From assembly GCA_037447605.1 (NCBI GenBank), contig JBBHKD010000056.1:1-7139 (forward strand): a stretch of 7,139 nt of DNA, in the 5' to 3' direction. The notes beneath the pieces are model-generated. The model was given only the letters and a program-made list of their open reading frames with translations. It made no database searches and was not told where the DNA came from. The position numbers and the translations under genes are program-made. Below are positions 6,088 to 7,139 of the stretch, piece by piece. This stretch comes from Zygnema circumcarinatum SAG 698-1b (taxonomy: Eukaryota > Plantae > Zygnematophyceae). Every line of letters begins with the position of its first letter. Positions within the stretch are counted from its first letter, which is position 1.

Positions 6088-6539
6088 GAGGGAGGGAGGG
6101 AGAGAAGGGGAGGGAGGAAAAGGAGAGGAGGGAGAGGAGAGGAGGGAGAGCAGAGGAGAGGAGGAGAGGAGGGAGGGAGGGCGAGGAGAGGAGGGAGAGG
6201 AGAGGAGGGAGAGGAGAGGAGGAGGGAGAGGAGTTGAGGAAAGGAGAGGAGAGGAGGAGAGGAGAGGAGAGGGAGGGAGGGAGAAGAGGGAGAGGAGAGG
6301 AGGGCGAGAGAGGAGAGGAGGGAGCGGGAGAGGAGGAGAGGAGAGGCGGGAGAGGAGAGGAGGAGAGGAGAGGAGGGAGAGGAGAGGAGGAGAGGAGAGG
6401 AGGAAGGGAGAGGAAAGGAGGGCGGGAGAGGAGAGGGAGAGGAGAGGAGAGGAGGGAGAGGAGAGGAGAGAGGAGGAGGGAGAGGAGAGGAGGAGAGAGG
6501 AGGAGGGAGAGGAGAGGAGGAGAGAGGAGGAGGGAGAGG
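6088..6539 (+). repeat. 452-bp polypurine tract, imperfect (GGAGA)n / (GGA)n
   Basis: Only 8 pyrimidines in 452 bp (6151, 6182, 6234, 6235, 6305, 6325, 6347, 6423). This explains the E/R/G-only ORFs at 6083-6544 and 6234-6632. Confidence 0.97.
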
Positions 6540-7139
6540 TTTAACAGTGCTTATGAAAGCAGCTGCGAAGGCGAACCGGCCATCGTTCTGAGTCCGTGTA
6601 TCGAGCAGCCCTTGAGATCAAGTTGCAATTAGGGCCAACGGACACGCTTCAGTTTGTAAACAGTTGGTTCCATGGCCTGGAGAGAAGGCAGCCACGGATG
6701 CATCTGAAACAGATTTTCGAGTCACTGATGATGGATCCATGTATGAATACAAAATGAGTCCACAGATGGAATAATTTTCTATAAATTAAATAATTTTCAG
6801 CTGGACTTTAGTTGGCATCGACACAGACATGCAAGATGCCTGCAAGCGTTCGCTTAGCAAATGTGCCAGCAACTGGACCTAGCATAAAAAATAAGACTAA
6901 TATTAACAACGATTGAACAGATAATAATTGATAACCAGTAAAACTGCTCCTTCCAATAATCAAAGCTGCCACCTGAATCTGTCCCATCAAAGGTTCCTCT
7001 TTCTGGAAGGCTATTTTTCCTTCAGGAGTTGGAAGATGGCTAACGCTTGAACAGGCCACCCACAGCCGAGCCAAACCCGCCACATGCGGCCATCGTAGCA
7101 GAGAGGATATCGCGATATAAGGCTATCTTTCTGAAGTAA

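Noticed and set aside
94-6539. CT tract and GA tract as ends of one giant inverted repeat
   Set aside because: Only the low-complexity composition is complementary; flanking unique sequences (1-93 vs 6541 onward) show no reverse-complement similarity.
6083-6632. E/R/G-rich ORFs 6083-6544 and 6234-6632
   Set aside because: They are a direct consequence of a purine-only strand, which cannot encode stop codons.

Overview
This looks like eukaryotic, probably plant-like, non-coding DNA from a draft assembly. The organism cannot be determined; the plant-like call rests on TTTAGGG/telo-box motifs and CT/GA tracts. There are four 10-N placeholder gaps (837-846, 1380-1389, 2544-2553, 2992-3001). I recognise no protein-coding gene, RNA gene or CRISPR array; the listed ORFs are low-complexity translations or chance ORFs in repeats. 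Most of 493-5460 is a dense cluster of non-autonomous DNA-transposon-like sequence. (i) A ~181-bp unit occurs as two direct copies (493, 720) and one inverted copy (1612-1792). (ii) Between them lies a degenerate ~420-bp foldback (849-1266). (iii) Two clean MITEs have perfect terminal inverted repeats (1322-1610, 5214-5394). (iv) Several related or orphan termini share a G-run with ATTA/TAAT-type flanks, and three families share GGGSGNNTCAGAC. Positions 1651-2991 and 3002-4329 are an apparently identical tandem duplication joined at a gap, most likely an unmerged contig overlap. The right end has a GTAC-dense patch, telomere-like motifs, a 452-bp polypurine tract and about 600 bp of unique sequence that may be genic. 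I found no coding system; the best lead is the side-by-side array of related G-terminated elements.
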